Virus record (IMG/VR): IMGVR_UViG_3300045988_154277
Reading direction: 5' to 3' (one strand)
From: a virus
Length of the DNA: 64,000 nt
The notes beneath the pieces are model-generated. The model had not been told where the DNA came from, did no database searches, and saw only the letters and a program-made list of their open reading frames with translations. Position 1 is the stretch's first letter; the number at the start of each line of letters is the position of its first letter. Position numbers and translations under genes: made by a program. Shown here piece by piece: positions 27,735 to 37,014 of this stretch.

Positions 27735-28520
27735 TTACATATTGTTCAGTGTACTGCAGATCGCTCTTACAGTACTGATCTCCTGGCGCACTACAAGATC
27801 AGAGAAGTTCAACCAGCATACAGCACATTTACGAATATCTCGTACCGTGCTATCGTTCGATGTGCGAAGCTTCGTATTGTATTCATTTACAACACGATTA
27901 CCAGCATCATCAAGTTTCCAACTGATATCATCCATCTGCAGAACGATAGACTGCATCCGTTTCACGGCTTGTTCAGAACTCCATTTGGAAGATTTGAACT
28001 TGACGACGGGACGAGCCACTCGCGGATCGAAGGTCAAATCATCGTTCTTGTCCAGATAGAAGTTCTTCTGACCGTTCAGAATGGTACGGATCGTTGCAAG
28101 CAATTTCACCATAGAAGTATGCTTCAACGGATCGATACCGACGAAGCCTTGGGTCACTTTCGTAGTAGCCAAAACGAGAGCTTGGATATCCTCGTACTTG
28201 TAGGGATCGGTTTCTTTCTCGGCAAGACGTTTAGGATCCAAGCTGTTCAGCCAATCATAGTAACCTTCGAATGTTTGATTGATTCCATTTTGCCAATTCT
28301 GTTTCTGCTGAGCTCTTCGACGTTCAGCACGCTCTTTCTGTTTCTTGCGGAACCACTCGATAAGATTGGAGATGATACCCTCTTCCGAGATGTAGAGAGA
28401 CTCGGTTCCGATGAATAACTCATCTGGAATACGATCCGATGTGACCGTTTGCATACGTACGTCGAACGATGGATCATTCGTGGTTTTGTTCAGGATATCA
28501 CCCAGGTGAAGATCGATCAT
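27735..28520 (-). CDS. Hypothetical protein (about 262 aa, start MIDLHLG)
   Basis: RBS AAGGAG before the internal ATG at 28520. The upstream extension lacks an RBS. Confidence 0.5.
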   Translation of the reverse strand: MIDLHLGDILNKTTNDPSFDVRMQTVTSDRIPDELFIGTESLYISEEGIISNLIEWFRKKQKERAERRRAQQKQNWQNGINQTFEGYYDWLNSLDPKRLAEKETDPYKYEDIQALVLATTKVTQGFVGIDPLKHTSMVKLLATIRTILNGQKNFYLDKNDDLTFDPRVARPVVKFKSSKWSSEQAVKRMQSIVLQMDDISWKLDDAGNRVVNEYNTKLRTSNDSTVRDIRKCAVCWLNFSDLVVRQEISTVRAICSTLNNM

Positions 28521-28609
28521 AGTAAACTCCTTGATGTTGATAGTTACATAGGATGCTCTGTGCATCAAACGTTCTTCAAACAAAAAGAAAACATCAATAC
28601 CATCGAATA

Positions 28610-28634
28610 CAGGAGGAGTCTCCAGCTCCTCCTG
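28610..28634 (-). terminator. Weak terminator-like hairpin (caggaggag...ctcctcctg)
   Basis: 9-bp stem. The U-run lies about 20 nt further on. Confidence 0.3.
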
Positions 28635-28677
28635 GGTTGCGTTGTTGATGTTCAGCTATAAACTAAGATAGGTTAGG

Positions 28678-28887
28678 TTACGCTACCTTAAATTCACAGT
28701 TGTAGGTACGACCAGTTAGCCAGACCTCGTATTGGATCTTGCGAACCGCCAATTGTGATGCGACAAAGGCATCGTAACCTTGATCCAAGTAATGTTGGTT
28801 CAAGGTATAATACCGTTGTGCAAATTCGGACATAAACTCACCTCCTTTCAAAGTTAGTAGTTTGGAAACATGTTGACAATGCAACAT
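28678..28887 (-). CDS. Small hypothetical protein (69 aa)
   Basis: RBS-like GGAGGTGAGTTT upstream. Confidence 0.45.
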   Translation of the reverse strand: MLHCQHVSKLLTLKGGEFMSEFAQRYYTLNQHYLDQGYDAFVASQLAVRKIQYEVWLTGRTYNCEFKVA

Positions 28888-28941
28888 AGCGACCTGTGTG
28901 GGTGTAGGGATGTTCGCGCATCCCTACACCCACACACCTAT

Positions 28942-29478
28942 TTACGCATCCACGTGAAGCTTATATTCCCTACACACTCGATATAATTCCCAGATGTCCT
29001 GATCGTCCAGATGTTCGAACTCCGCATGGAGACATTTCGTCTTAACGGAGGTTATCTCATCTCTCTTGTTCGATCTCAGGAACCAGAATAACATGATCCC
29101 AGTCAAATTACTGGTCAATGCTCTCTCGTATTTCTTGAGAGCGATGTCCTGGTAGAAGAGATCGCGTGTTGGGAAGGACGATGTGATATCATCCTTCTCA
29201 TCATAGAACGGGATGTTGATCGATCCAAGGAGATGCGATTCATCATCCCCGTGAGTTAAATAGGATACCACATACGGGTACACTTCCTCATCAGGACGAT
29301 ATTCGATAATGATCTCATCAACTTTGGGTTTGTCACACTCCGGGCACTTGCTGTATTTGTCAGCTATGTGTTCCCGAATGACCTTCTCCAATCTGTCACG
29401 AGAGGTGATTCCCGGCATCAAAATGTTGTTGACATCTCCAGTGGGTGCTCCATAGAACGTTCTGTAAATAGCGTGCAT
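28942..29478 (-). CDS. Hypothetical early protein (178 aa)
   Basis: First substantial ORF downstream of promoter P4, after about 370 nt of leader. Confidence 0.55.
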   Translation of the reverse strand: MHAIYRTFYGAPTGDVNNILMPGITSRDRLEKVIREHIADKYSKCPECDKPKVDEIIIEYRPDEEVYPYVVSYLTHGDDESHLLGSINIPFYDEKDDITSSFPTRDLFYQDIALKKYERALTSNLTGIMLFWFLRSNKRDEITSVKTKCLHAEFEHLDDQDIWELYRVCREYKLHVDA

Positions 29479-29849
29479 TTTCTTTTCCTTTTTAGTTATT
29501 GATTATACATGTTGTGAGTACCTGCAGAGTTACATATCCGGACTAGACGTTAGTAATCAACGCCTTTGGAAGGTTGTCCCAAGTGCTTTGGGGCATTCCA
29601 AACTCCTGAACAAAGAACTGCTCAGTGCGTTTGAGATCTCTCCCAAGAAGCAAGTAGACGCTCCGCATATGGACGACTGCAGGATGCAATCCCCATTTCG
29701 AATTAGCCATTGCCATTCGACACCACCGTCCTTTCTGATCTCTTCTTTGAACTACGTGATCAACGTAGGTTCTTGCGATGCTGGTTACATCGCAAGGGTC
29801 GTGGATGAAGTTGTGTAGGAACGATATGTCTCTGTCAGGTACTCATTAA

Positions 29850-29870
29850 GTAATATATACGTGAAAAACG
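29850..29870 (-). promoter_or_regulatory. Early-type promoter P4 (core TATATATTAC), in a duplicated 55-nt cassette
   Basis: Identical to the P2 cassette. Confidence 0.6.
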
Positions 29871-29875
29871 ATGAA

Positions 29876-29910
29876 CTACACTGGGTAGGATCATCTCCTA
29901 CCCAGTGTAG
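29876..29910 (-). terminator. Terminator hairpin (ctacactgggtagga...tcctacccagtgtag)
   Basis: 15-bp stem after stop 29917. Confidence 0.6.
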
Positions 29911-29916
29911 TTGTTA

Positions 29917-30237
29917 TCATAACAGTCCGTGAGACTTGACGGTATTCGCTCTTGCGAATGAGAATGGAACACTCATATCTAGATTCGGGATAACTGTCGT
30001 GCTCGCTCTGGACGGTACTTGTTTAACCAGTCCATCATCTCCGCATATAAACGAAGATGGGTTCGCAAGGAAAGTCTTCAGGTCGATCCTGTTACCAGAG
30101 TGATCCGTAATCACATTTTCGGATACAGAACGAACACGAAGACCATTGGTATCTTCAATAGGAGCTTTCTGTGACTCATTGTACACTTCGGCTCTTACAA
30201 CCACGTCGTCTTCATTGACATATACTGCGATACGCAT
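29917..30237 (-). CDS. Hypothetical protein (106 aa)
   Basis: Last gene of the minus-strand structural-looking block. Confidence 0.5.
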   Translation of the reverse strand: MRIAVYVNEDDVVVRAEVYNESQKAPIEDTNGLRVRSVSENVITDHSGNRIDLKTFLANPSSFICGDDGLVKQVPSRASTTVIPNLDMSVPFSFARANTVKSHGLL

Positions 30238-30247
30238 AGTTGCCTCC

Positions 30248-32245
30248 TTAGACCAACAGGTCGACTTGCTGCAGAACGAATCGATCGTTCAACAGACTGT
30301 TGGTTCCAGTTTGACTCTTCAGGGTCAATGTGAAGTCGGTGATCGTTCTCATGGAACTCTTCGCACTGACCTGTCTGTTCTGCTGAGTCAGAGAACACGA
30401 GATCGCACAGAGATCCTGGATATAATACATCACGATCGGTTCAACACGATCCTGCAATTCGATCACCTGGTTGGAAGACTCCTCGATCACCTGGTTCTTA
30501 TACCGGTCGAAGACCTTCACTTTGATACCTCTGATTTGAGAGATATCGATGTCGTTGTTGTTGATCGTGTGGTTGACCACCATACCCGCTCCATCGATGA
30601 ACGGATCTTCGGGCATACCTCTATCCACAACCCAGGTGTTGTCGGTTGTAATGGCAGCATCTCCATCTCCATTCTTGTAAGACACATTCTCGATGTCCAC
30701 CACATTGACTGTACCAACCCAGGTAGTGTAACGATCGCCCAACACCGATACCGTATTGGTGACAGCAGAGTTCGCTTGAGATGCGATCCACTGTGTACCA
30801 TCCGGGAGAACTGTCTCCGTTTCCGTATTGGGGTGTTTCACACCACCACTGTCGATCACATCCCACACGGTAGCACTACCTGTCTTATCGTAGAACGTAA
30901 GCTGAACATCACCAGGTGTTTTGCCATTGATCGACATCTGCAGGATGAACCCGTGATTGATATCGGTACTGTCATACACGATACGGAACTTCGGAACGAT
31001 CCGAGTATCGAAGTGAGACAACCCATTGTCCTCATATGTGGTTCCATGGACCGACACGTTCGACAACGAGATCTTACCAGAGATCATGTTGTACGTCAAT
31101 GCGAAGTCTGCGTTGTAATCGTAAGTTGGGACTTCCAACCGGAAATACCCAGTACCCACATTGACGATGGGGTTCATCTCGGTCCACGGACCGTGCGATA
31201 CTGCTGCGATATCCACCCAGTTATCGTCACTGTACTGGATCGCGTTGTACGAGAAGTTGGTGATCTCGTAAGTGAACGACACCTGCTTGTAGTGGCGTAC
31301 CGCTTCTTCCACGATCGTCAACCGGTTTTCGATCTCTGTGATGATCGGCTGAGCCGGAAGGTTCTCTGTTGTGATGAATTGACCGCTTCCCAACAACTGG
31401 ATCACATCGATCAGCTCGTCACGCAGACTGTAGAAGTCGTTGGCTGTGATCTCTCCTCCGAACGCACGGTAGTCCACTTGGATCGTACCAACGATCGGTG
31501 TTGTGAGCACGATATACTCATACACGCCACTCTTGTGAGAAGAGACTCTCGTTTTCCCGTGATTCACACCACGAACGATATAGTCTCTACCTTCCACAAG
31601 ATCAGTTCCGTTGTAGGTGAGAACAAGATCGTGTTTGTAGAAGGATCCGTTCGCAGGTCTGATCACGTACTTGTTGTTCGGAACGTTGACCTGATGCTCT
31701 TCGTTGAAGATATGGTTGTTCTCATTCAGACCGGTATAGTCCTCATCCAGGATCTGGAGTGTTGCCAGAGTGTCGCTGGTTACATCGACCACTGGGTCTT
31801 TGACATACTTCAAATACTGAAGATCTTTCAGCATCGCAAGCATCAGACCTGGTGTTGGTGTGGGACCGACACTGGTGTCCGGGTAATCGGTCAAGTACCG
31901 ATAGAACCCTTGGTATTCCACACTGATTTGGAACTCTTGTCCGGTCAGAACGGATCCTGTCATCAGGATCCCACGAACAAGGTTCGCTTGGAAGGTAGAA
32001 TCCTCAAGCTTCGCTTCGGAGATCGCGTTCGTTGCCTGCAGACTGGAACGATGTGCCCAGTCTGTGTTCTCATGCAACTCGATCGGTGCTCCTTGTACGA
32101 TCTTGTAAACTTTGATCGTGCTTGCGAACGCAGGCTCTCCAAAGTCGATCGTCTGTGTGGACTGGAACACCATGTAGCGTCTATCTCCACGCTTGAACTC
32201 GGGATCACTACCAGTGAGATCTGTCATTTTGATATCGTCTGGCAT
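30248..32245 (-). CDS. Structural protein, tail-fibre/baseplate-like (665 aa)
   Basis: Asn/Thr/Gly/Tyr-rich, beta-rich composition typical of fibre proteins. The 702-aa antisense ORF 30146..32254 has Arg/His/Cys/Asp shadow-ORF composition and is rejected. Confidence 0.5.
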   Translation of the reverse strand: MPDDIKMTDLTGSDPEFKRGDRRYMVFQSTQTIDFGEPAFASTIKVYKIVQGAPIELHENTDWAHRSSLQATNAISEAKLEDSTFQANLVRGILMTGSVLTGQEFQISVEYQGFYRYLTDYPDTSVGPTPTPGLMLAMLKDLQYLKYVKDPVVDVTSDTLATLQILDEDYTGLNENNHIFNEEHQVNVPNNKYVIRPANGSFYKHDLVLTYNGTDLVEGRDYIVRGVNHGKTRVSSHKSGVYEYIVLTTPIVGTIQVDYRAFGGEITANDFYSLRDELIDVIQLLGSGQFITTENLPAQPIITEIENRLTIVEEAVRHYKQVSFTYEITNFSYNAIQYSDDNWVDIAAVSHGPWTEMNPIVNVGTGYFRLEVPTYDYNADFALTYNMISGKISLSNVSVHGTTYEDNGLSHFDTRIVPKFRIVYDSTDINHGFILQMSINGKTPGDVQLTFYDKTGSATVWDVIDSGGVKHPNTETETVLPDGTQWIASQANSAVTNTVSVLGDRYTTWVGTVNVVDIENVSYKNGDGDAAITTDNTWVVDRGMPEDPFIDGAGMVVNHTINNNDIDISQIRGIKVKVFDRYKNQVIEESSNQVIELQDRVEPIVMYYIQDLCAISCSLTQQNRQVSAKSSMRTITDFTLTLKSQTGTNSLLNDRFVLQQVDLLV

Positions 32246-32250
32246 GGTGA

Positions 32251-33450
32251 TTAGCCCTTTATATTTTCAATCGCTTTTTCATATGCAGCTAGCTTGACTT
32301 TCAAGCTATCATTCTCTGCGATGAGTTGTTTCATCTCGGTATTGAAGAGTTTGTCGATCAACAGCTCACCAGGTGTATCGTCGATCACTTCCTGTCTGGC
32401 TTGGTTGATACTGTTGTACTCTTCTGTGGTAAGATAGATATCATCGTAGCGGTTGATCTTAACCAGTTCCTTATCCGCTGGGAACTGCTTCCCATCCGCT
32501 TTGATGCCGTATCTCACTTCCAAGAGTTCGGTGAGAAGCATGATCATATCCGTGACCATCTCCAGATCAGAGAAGACTCCAAGATTGATACCTAAGATCA
32601 GTTTGTCATATCGTGCGATGGATCCATCCGGAACTCCATCGACAAAAGACAAAGGTATGTAGATCACGATATCTTCATTCCGTGGATCAACCAACTTGTA
32701 GAACATCGTGTTCTGGAAAGAAGGTTCGTCCTTGTTGTAGACATCCTTAGCAACTCCGATCGGGGCGTACAGATTGTTGTACACGTCGATACCAGACGAC
32801 AACACATCTTTGTAAGAGAGGATCTTATCAACTCGATATACCCCACAGTACACATCGTGATATGGACTGTCTGGATCTCGAGAGTAACCCAACTTCTCAA
32901 AGTCTTTTACGAAGGTGAACCGATAGATCTTCCCAAGGATCAGATTGACTGTATCGTAACGTTGTGTCGTCAACGTGTTGTAGTTGGTCTTGGTCACCGT
33001 CCGGTTGGTCTCAGAGAACCGATAATTCGTGAATGCATTGTAGTACATCACGGACTGCGTTGTGATCAGATCACCTGTCACAGGATCGGTAGATGTGACG
33101 GGTTCACCGACGGTGATCTGGATGTTCGGATCATCGAACGCTGCAAGAGTTGGAGCATTATCCTCTCCGATATCACCTTTCTCCGTATCAACAGCATAGG
33201 TGACATTCCAAGGATCGGTAACTTCTGTTGTCGGTTGATATTCCGAGTAGTAGATTTTGAGACGATCGTACGAAGCGATCACCCATCCTCTACCACTCAA
33301 GTAATATACAACGACCCGTTGATCGAGCTTATCAGCGATACCACTCCACTCTCGGGCATTCCCAGATGTGGAAGGATCAACAACGGTGAGGTTTTGATTG
33401 ACAACAGCGGTTCCGGCTCCTGTAATACGGATACCTCTCTGTTCCATCAA
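32251..33450 (-). CDS. Structural hypothetical protein (399 aa)
   Basis: Tightly coupled within the block. Confidence 0.5.
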   Translation of the reverse strand: MMEQRGIRITGAGTAVVNQNLTVVDPSTSGNAREWSGIADKLDQRVVVYYLSGRGWVIASYDRLKIYYSEYQPTTEVTDPWNVTYAVDTEKGDIGEDNAPTLAAFDDPNIQITVGEPVTSTDPVTGDLITTQSVMYYNAFTNYRFSETNRTVTKTNYNTLTTQRYDTVNLILGKIYRFTFVKDFEKLGYSRDPDSPYHDVYCGVYRVDKILSYKDVLSSGIDVYNNLYAPIGVAKDVYNKDEPSFQNTMFYKLVDPRNEDIVIYIPLSFVDGVPDGSIARYDKLILGINLGVFSDLEMVTDMIMLLTELLEVRYGIKADGKQFPADKELVKINRYDDIYLTTEEYNSINQARQEVIDDTPGELLIDKLFNTEMKQLIAENDSLKVKLAAYEKAIENIKG

Positions 33451-34919
33451 TAACTCTCCTGTTTCAGAAGGTGGAATTCAATGAAGTTGGAGATGAATGC
33501 CAGATACTTCTTCTGTTCCAACGTTTCTTCGGTGAAAAGGTTGTTGTCATTGGATTGCAACCCAAGCGCTACTTTCATAGCGAGTGCAAGATCCATATTG
33601 AAAGATTGTGTCTCCTCAGTCATGAGGTCCCAATACATCCCAGCGTTGGCATCGATATTCTGGTAAGTCGGATGGATGCTTCCGAGATTCAGAAGATCAC
33701 TCGGGTTATCGAGCAACGGGAACGCGTAGATATACAACCCAGATCCAGCAGCCATCAACAGAGAACCGTTCTTACGGATCCAATCGATATCCGTGTTCGG
33801 GAACAGCTGAGCCATCTTCTGGATCATCTGATTGTATCCGATGATGTTCTTATCGATGACATATCCGTCAGTCAGAGAGACACGGTTGATGTAGAACGGG
33901 ATCAAGTAGAACCCACCATCGACGAACAAGTCAGGAAGGACACCTTTCCACACTTCTTCTGTTGCCAACCCAAGAGCAAGGAGTTCTTCACGGATGTAAT
34001 CACGCATCGCAGCAGAGGACGGGGCACACCCCTTGTACAGTACAGTGAACGGCATCCTGTAATACGTGGCGAGGCTGCTGTTGACATATCTCGACACATA
34101 GGTCGCCAACCCACTGTGATCTTCGGATTTGATCGCTTGCTGAAGCTGTTCATCTTTAAACCCAGAAGATTCGACGATAGCAGCAACAGTATTCGCGAAA
34201 TCCATGTCCAGAAGACGTGCTGGATCACAAGGCCAAACAACCTTCACCAAAATGGACAGAGGGTAATCAGCCAGGAACGCTTCCATCCCAAGCCAAATCT
34301 TGAATGTCAACACATCGGTGCCAACTCGGAACTGAAACTGGATCGACTGATAGAACGGAACAGCTGTTCCGTACATTTTGTATCCAGCAAGACTGGTATC
34401 CGACAACCGAATGTCGGAGTTGGTTGTTCCTGCAGATACTTGGATACTTCCAGGGACATACCCAGAGAACGAAGCAGATTCACTCTTCATCGCGCCATCC
34501 AACTGTTCAGCAGAAGGAAGCGTATCAGTACTGGTGTGTTGCAGGAAGCAATACTCGATGATGTTGAACAGATAAGTTCTTGTGACATCACTTTGACTGA
34601 TCGCGTCGATCCCGCGAGCATCCGCTTCATCCATGTACACAGGACGTACATGGGTATAGTCGTTACCATCTCCTTTACGGGTGTTGTCGAACTGAAGAGC
34701 CATACGACCGAACGCCTGTCTTCCAAAGGGAGTAAGAGACATACGTTTGTTATTCTGCGATACCGATCTTGGATCGAACAGAGAAGTTGGGTTGAGGAAG
34801 TAGTTGATCATCTGATCATTGAGAACCCCAAGTTGACTCTTACCGATATCCGGATAAGAGAGCATGGAGCCTCCACTCACCCCAGCGAACGATCCGTCGG
34901 AGCAAAAGGCATAAATCAT
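33447..34919 (-). CDS. Structural hypothetical protein (about 490 aa, start MIYAFCSDG)
   Basis: RBS AGGAGG 6 nt before the ATG at 34919. Candidate promoter CATGCTATGC lies 35 nt upstream. Confidence 0.5.
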   Translation of the reverse strand: MIYAFCSDGSFAGVSGGSMLSYPDIGKSQLGVLNDQMINYFLNPTSLFDPRSVSQNNKRMSLTPFGRQAFGRMALQFDNTRKGDGNDYTHVRPVYMDEADARGIDAISQSDVTRTYLFNIIEYCFLQHTSTDTLPSAEQLDGAMKSESASFSGYVPGSIQVSAGTTNSDIRLSDTSLAGYKMYGTAVPFYQSIQFQFRVGTDVLTFKIWLGMEAFLADYPLSILVKVVWPCDPARLLDMDFANTVAAIVESSGFKDEQLQQAIKSEDHSGLATYVSRYVNSSLATYYRMPFTVLYKGCAPSSAAMRDYIREELLALGLATEEVWKGVLPDLFVDGGFYLIPFYINRVSLTDGYVIDKNIIGYNQMIQKMAQLFPNTDIDWIRKNGSLLMAAGSGLYIYAFPLLDNPSDLLNLGSIHPTYQNIDANAGMYWDLMTEETQSFNMDLALAMKVALGLQSNDNNLFTEETLEQKKYLAFISNFIEFHLLKQESY

Positions 34920-34954
34920 AGTTAACCTCCTATGACGATTGAAGTAGAATTTAG

Positions 34955-34964
34955 GCATAGCATG
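34955..34964 (-). promoter_or_regulatory. Candidate second-class promoter element (minus strand CATGCTATGC)
   Basis: See 27661..27670. Confidence 0.35.
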
Positions 34965-34965
34965 A

Positions 34966-34979
34966 CCTGCTATAGCAGG
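34966..34979. repeat. Palindrome CCTGCTATAGCAGG (second copy)
   Basis: Identical to the core at 7051-7064. Confidence 0.5.
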
Positions 34980-34991
34980 CAAAAAAGATAC

Positions 34992-35024
34992 GTAGATCAG
35001 GAGAGAACACCCCTCCTGATCTAC
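34992..35024 (-). terminator. Terminator hairpin (gtagatcagga...tcctgatctac) followed by GUAUCUUUUUUGCC
   Basis: 11-bp stem with a clear U-tract. Confidence 0.65.
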
Positions 35025-35027
35025 GGT

Positions 35028-35363
35028 TCACAGATAGTATCCGAAGCCCTCTCTGGACTTCCTCTGTTTGGTCATGTTGGACTGTATCTTAGCGATTAAA
35101 GAGTCTGTCTTTTGTGACGGAATCTTCTTCTTGAGATTCGACTCGATCAACCAGTAAGGTTGTCCTTTGTTCGGAACGTGGAATGTGAAAGCCACGTGTG
35201 TCTGGTCGAACCCTCTCGCTATCGAAAAGTGGTAGATCGTTTCATCCTTCGTGAATGTCGCAGGATACTTCTCGATCAAATAACCTTTCGGTAGATACAT
35301 ATGCGGTACTCGCATCCCGATCGTTTGGGAAAAGTCGATCCAAGTGCCATTTAACGTAAACAT
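35028..35363 (-). CDS. Hypothetical protein (111 aa)
   Basis: Overlaps the helicase stop by 13 nt. Confidence 0.5.
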   Translation of the reverse strand: MFTLNGTWIDFSQTIGMRVPHMYLPKGYLIEKYPATFTKDETIYHFSIARGFDQTHVAFTFHVPNKGQPYWLIESNLKKKIPSQKTDSLIAKIQSNMTKQRKSREGFGYYL

Positions 35364-36856
35364 CCTTCAGATCCTCCTCCTGGAAGATGGTAGAAGTAAA
35401 CATTGCGTGCTCGTTCCTGATGCAGATCTTTCCTTTCATGGTAGTGACGTACTTGGGCTTGGATCGCCCAATCTACGATCTCTACATATTCAGGAGTCTC
35501 TCCATCTGGAAGCTCTCTTAACCGTCCTCTTGTCTGATCCACAACAGTATCCGCTTTACAGGATACGGTTTGTATCACAGTCTTAAGGTTCTTGATGTCT
35601 GTCCCACATCCTGCTTTCTTAGGAGTGGAGATGATGATCTCGTGGTTCATCAACACAGTATCATCCATCCCTCCGGTGTACGTTGTGATCTTAAATCCAG
35701 GATACTTGTCTTTGAACCAGTTGTATGCATAATCCACCATTTCCAAACGAGCGAAATAGATCAGCATCTTCTGACCTTCTTTTCTTCTATTGATGAAATG
35801 GATGTTAACAACCGGGAAGACAACTTCGTTGAAAAAAGCCCTCAGATACGTGGGTCTTTTTAACAACTCCAGCTCGTATTTTGCATGGTTGTACCCCCTA
35901 GCCTTGACGCACTTCTTTTCGTTCACATTCCCCATAAAGGCATAGGTGTAAACATCGATGTATCTCTTCCTGAGATGCTCTCCATATCGCATCTCAGATG
36001 GATAAATCATCTTGAAGATCCGACGGGTGATATTGGAAGCAGCAGAGAAGGTAGCTGTCAAGTAGATGTTGTTGATCACATTCGAGTTGAGATCGATGAT
36101 CGTATCAGCGTGGAAGTTCAGATGAACTTCATCCATGATCTTCGTACCAATACCGAAGTACTTCAAAAACGAAGACCAGGAGGGAAGATCCTGATAGTTG
36201 TTCTTCTTGTTCACCCAAAGACGAATGGTCTCCAAGCTACACACGAAGATATCAGGTTTGACCTTCCCTTCCAGAAGTCTGGTGATACTGTCGATCCCTT
36301 GGATCATATACACTTGCCCTGGTTTGGCATTGGTGAACTGGTAGATCGAACGTACCCATTGATCCTGTAGACCAGAGACGATGATCAATCCAGCATAGCC
36401 TAGCTTCACCAGGGAAGCGATCGATGAGACAGTTTTCCCAGAACCAGTTGCCGTCGCCAACCCTTTGCGATACATGTCCTGGTTCGTTAGAAAATTGATC
36501 ACTCCAACCTGTTCTGGTCGAGGAGTGAATGAGTTGATCATGCGGATATCGATCTTCCTTGGGGTAACCAAAGGTTCATCCACGATGTTCAACTCTACGC
36601 CAACTTCTTCGAGTTGGTCGATGATCAGAGGTAGTGCGTTGATCGGAACATAGAGACGATCTCGCACATAATCTGCACTGATGAACTTCCTCGTGGGCAT
36701 CATACGTCTACCGTATCGTGTCTTCACGAAGTCGTAATCTGTGAGTTTATGATGAGTGATCGCTCGGATGTTCGGAGCCCATGCATTGTTAGGGTTGACA
36801 TGGATGATCGCCCTAGTGCTACCTCGTTCGATCAGAACTTGGTTGTTGTTACTCAT
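35351..36856 (-). CDS. SF2 DEAD/DEAH-box helicase (501 aa)
   Basis: Motif I ATGSGKT, motif II DEVH (IMDEVHLNF), motif III TATF and motif VI QTRGRLRE. Confidence 0.7.
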   Translation of the reverse strand: MSNNNQVLIERGSTRAIIHVNPNNAWAPNIRAITHHKLTDYDFVKTRYGRRMMPTRKFISADYVRDRLYVPINALPLIIDQLEEVGVELNIVDEPLVTPRKIDIRMINSFTPRPEQVGVINFLTNQDMYRKGLATATGSGKTVSSIASLVKLGYAGLIIVSGLQDQWVRSIYQFTNAKPGQVYMIQGIDSITRLLEGKVKPDIFVCSLETIRLWVNKKNNYQDLPSWSSFLKYFGIGTKIMDEVHLNFHADTIIDLNSNVINNIYLTATFSAASNITRRIFKMIYPSEMRYGEHLRKRYIDVYTYAFMGNVNEKKCVKARGYNHAKYELELLKRPTYLRAFFNEVVFPVVNIHFINRRKEGQKMLIYFARLEMVDYAYNWFKDKYPGFKITTYTGGMDDTVLMNHEIIISTPKKAGCGTDIKNLKTVIQTVSCKADTVVDQTRGRLRELPDGETPEYVEIVDWAIQAQVRHYHERKDLHQERARNVYFYHLPGGGSEGCLR

Positions 36857-37014
36857 ACTTGTATTATAGGTGGTTATACACCAGGGGTGTTATCCCCTGG
36901 TGTATGGATATTAGTGATGATGTATGTGTACGGTTCTACCGCGAAACATGCATGCTACGATATAACCGATCACGAATCCGATGAAAATCTCGAACATGAT
37001 CACCTCTTACTATA

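Noticed and set aside
29479-29840. Possible small ORF in the 360-nt leader between promoter P4 and gene 28942..29478
   Set aside because: Careful minus-strand translation gives only a 31-codon ORF without a convincing RBS. The 76-aa plus-strand ORF 29588..29818 is antisense to the transcribed strand. I leave this as untranslated leader.
30146-32254. 702-aa plus-strand ORF antisense to the 665-aa fibre-like gene
   Set aside because: Arg/His/Cys/Asp/Val-rich shadow-ORF composition and no RBS. The minus-strand partner has fibre-like composition and operon context.
33471-34925. 484-aa plus-strand ORF. The same applies to 7971..9008, 9468..10436, 16485..17336, 19952..20476, 21165..22226, 37171..37818, 39324..40232 and 45676..46692
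   Set aside because: All lie antisense within well-supported minus-strand genes and have Arg/His/Ser/Pro-rich shadow composition.
36860-37014. 28-codon hydrophobic ORF (MFEIFIGFVIGYIVACMFRGRTVHIHHH) with RBS AAGAGGTGA between the RNAP and helicase genes
   Set aside because: Too short to support without expression data. A terminator-like hairpin (caccagggg...cccctggtg) also occupies the interval.
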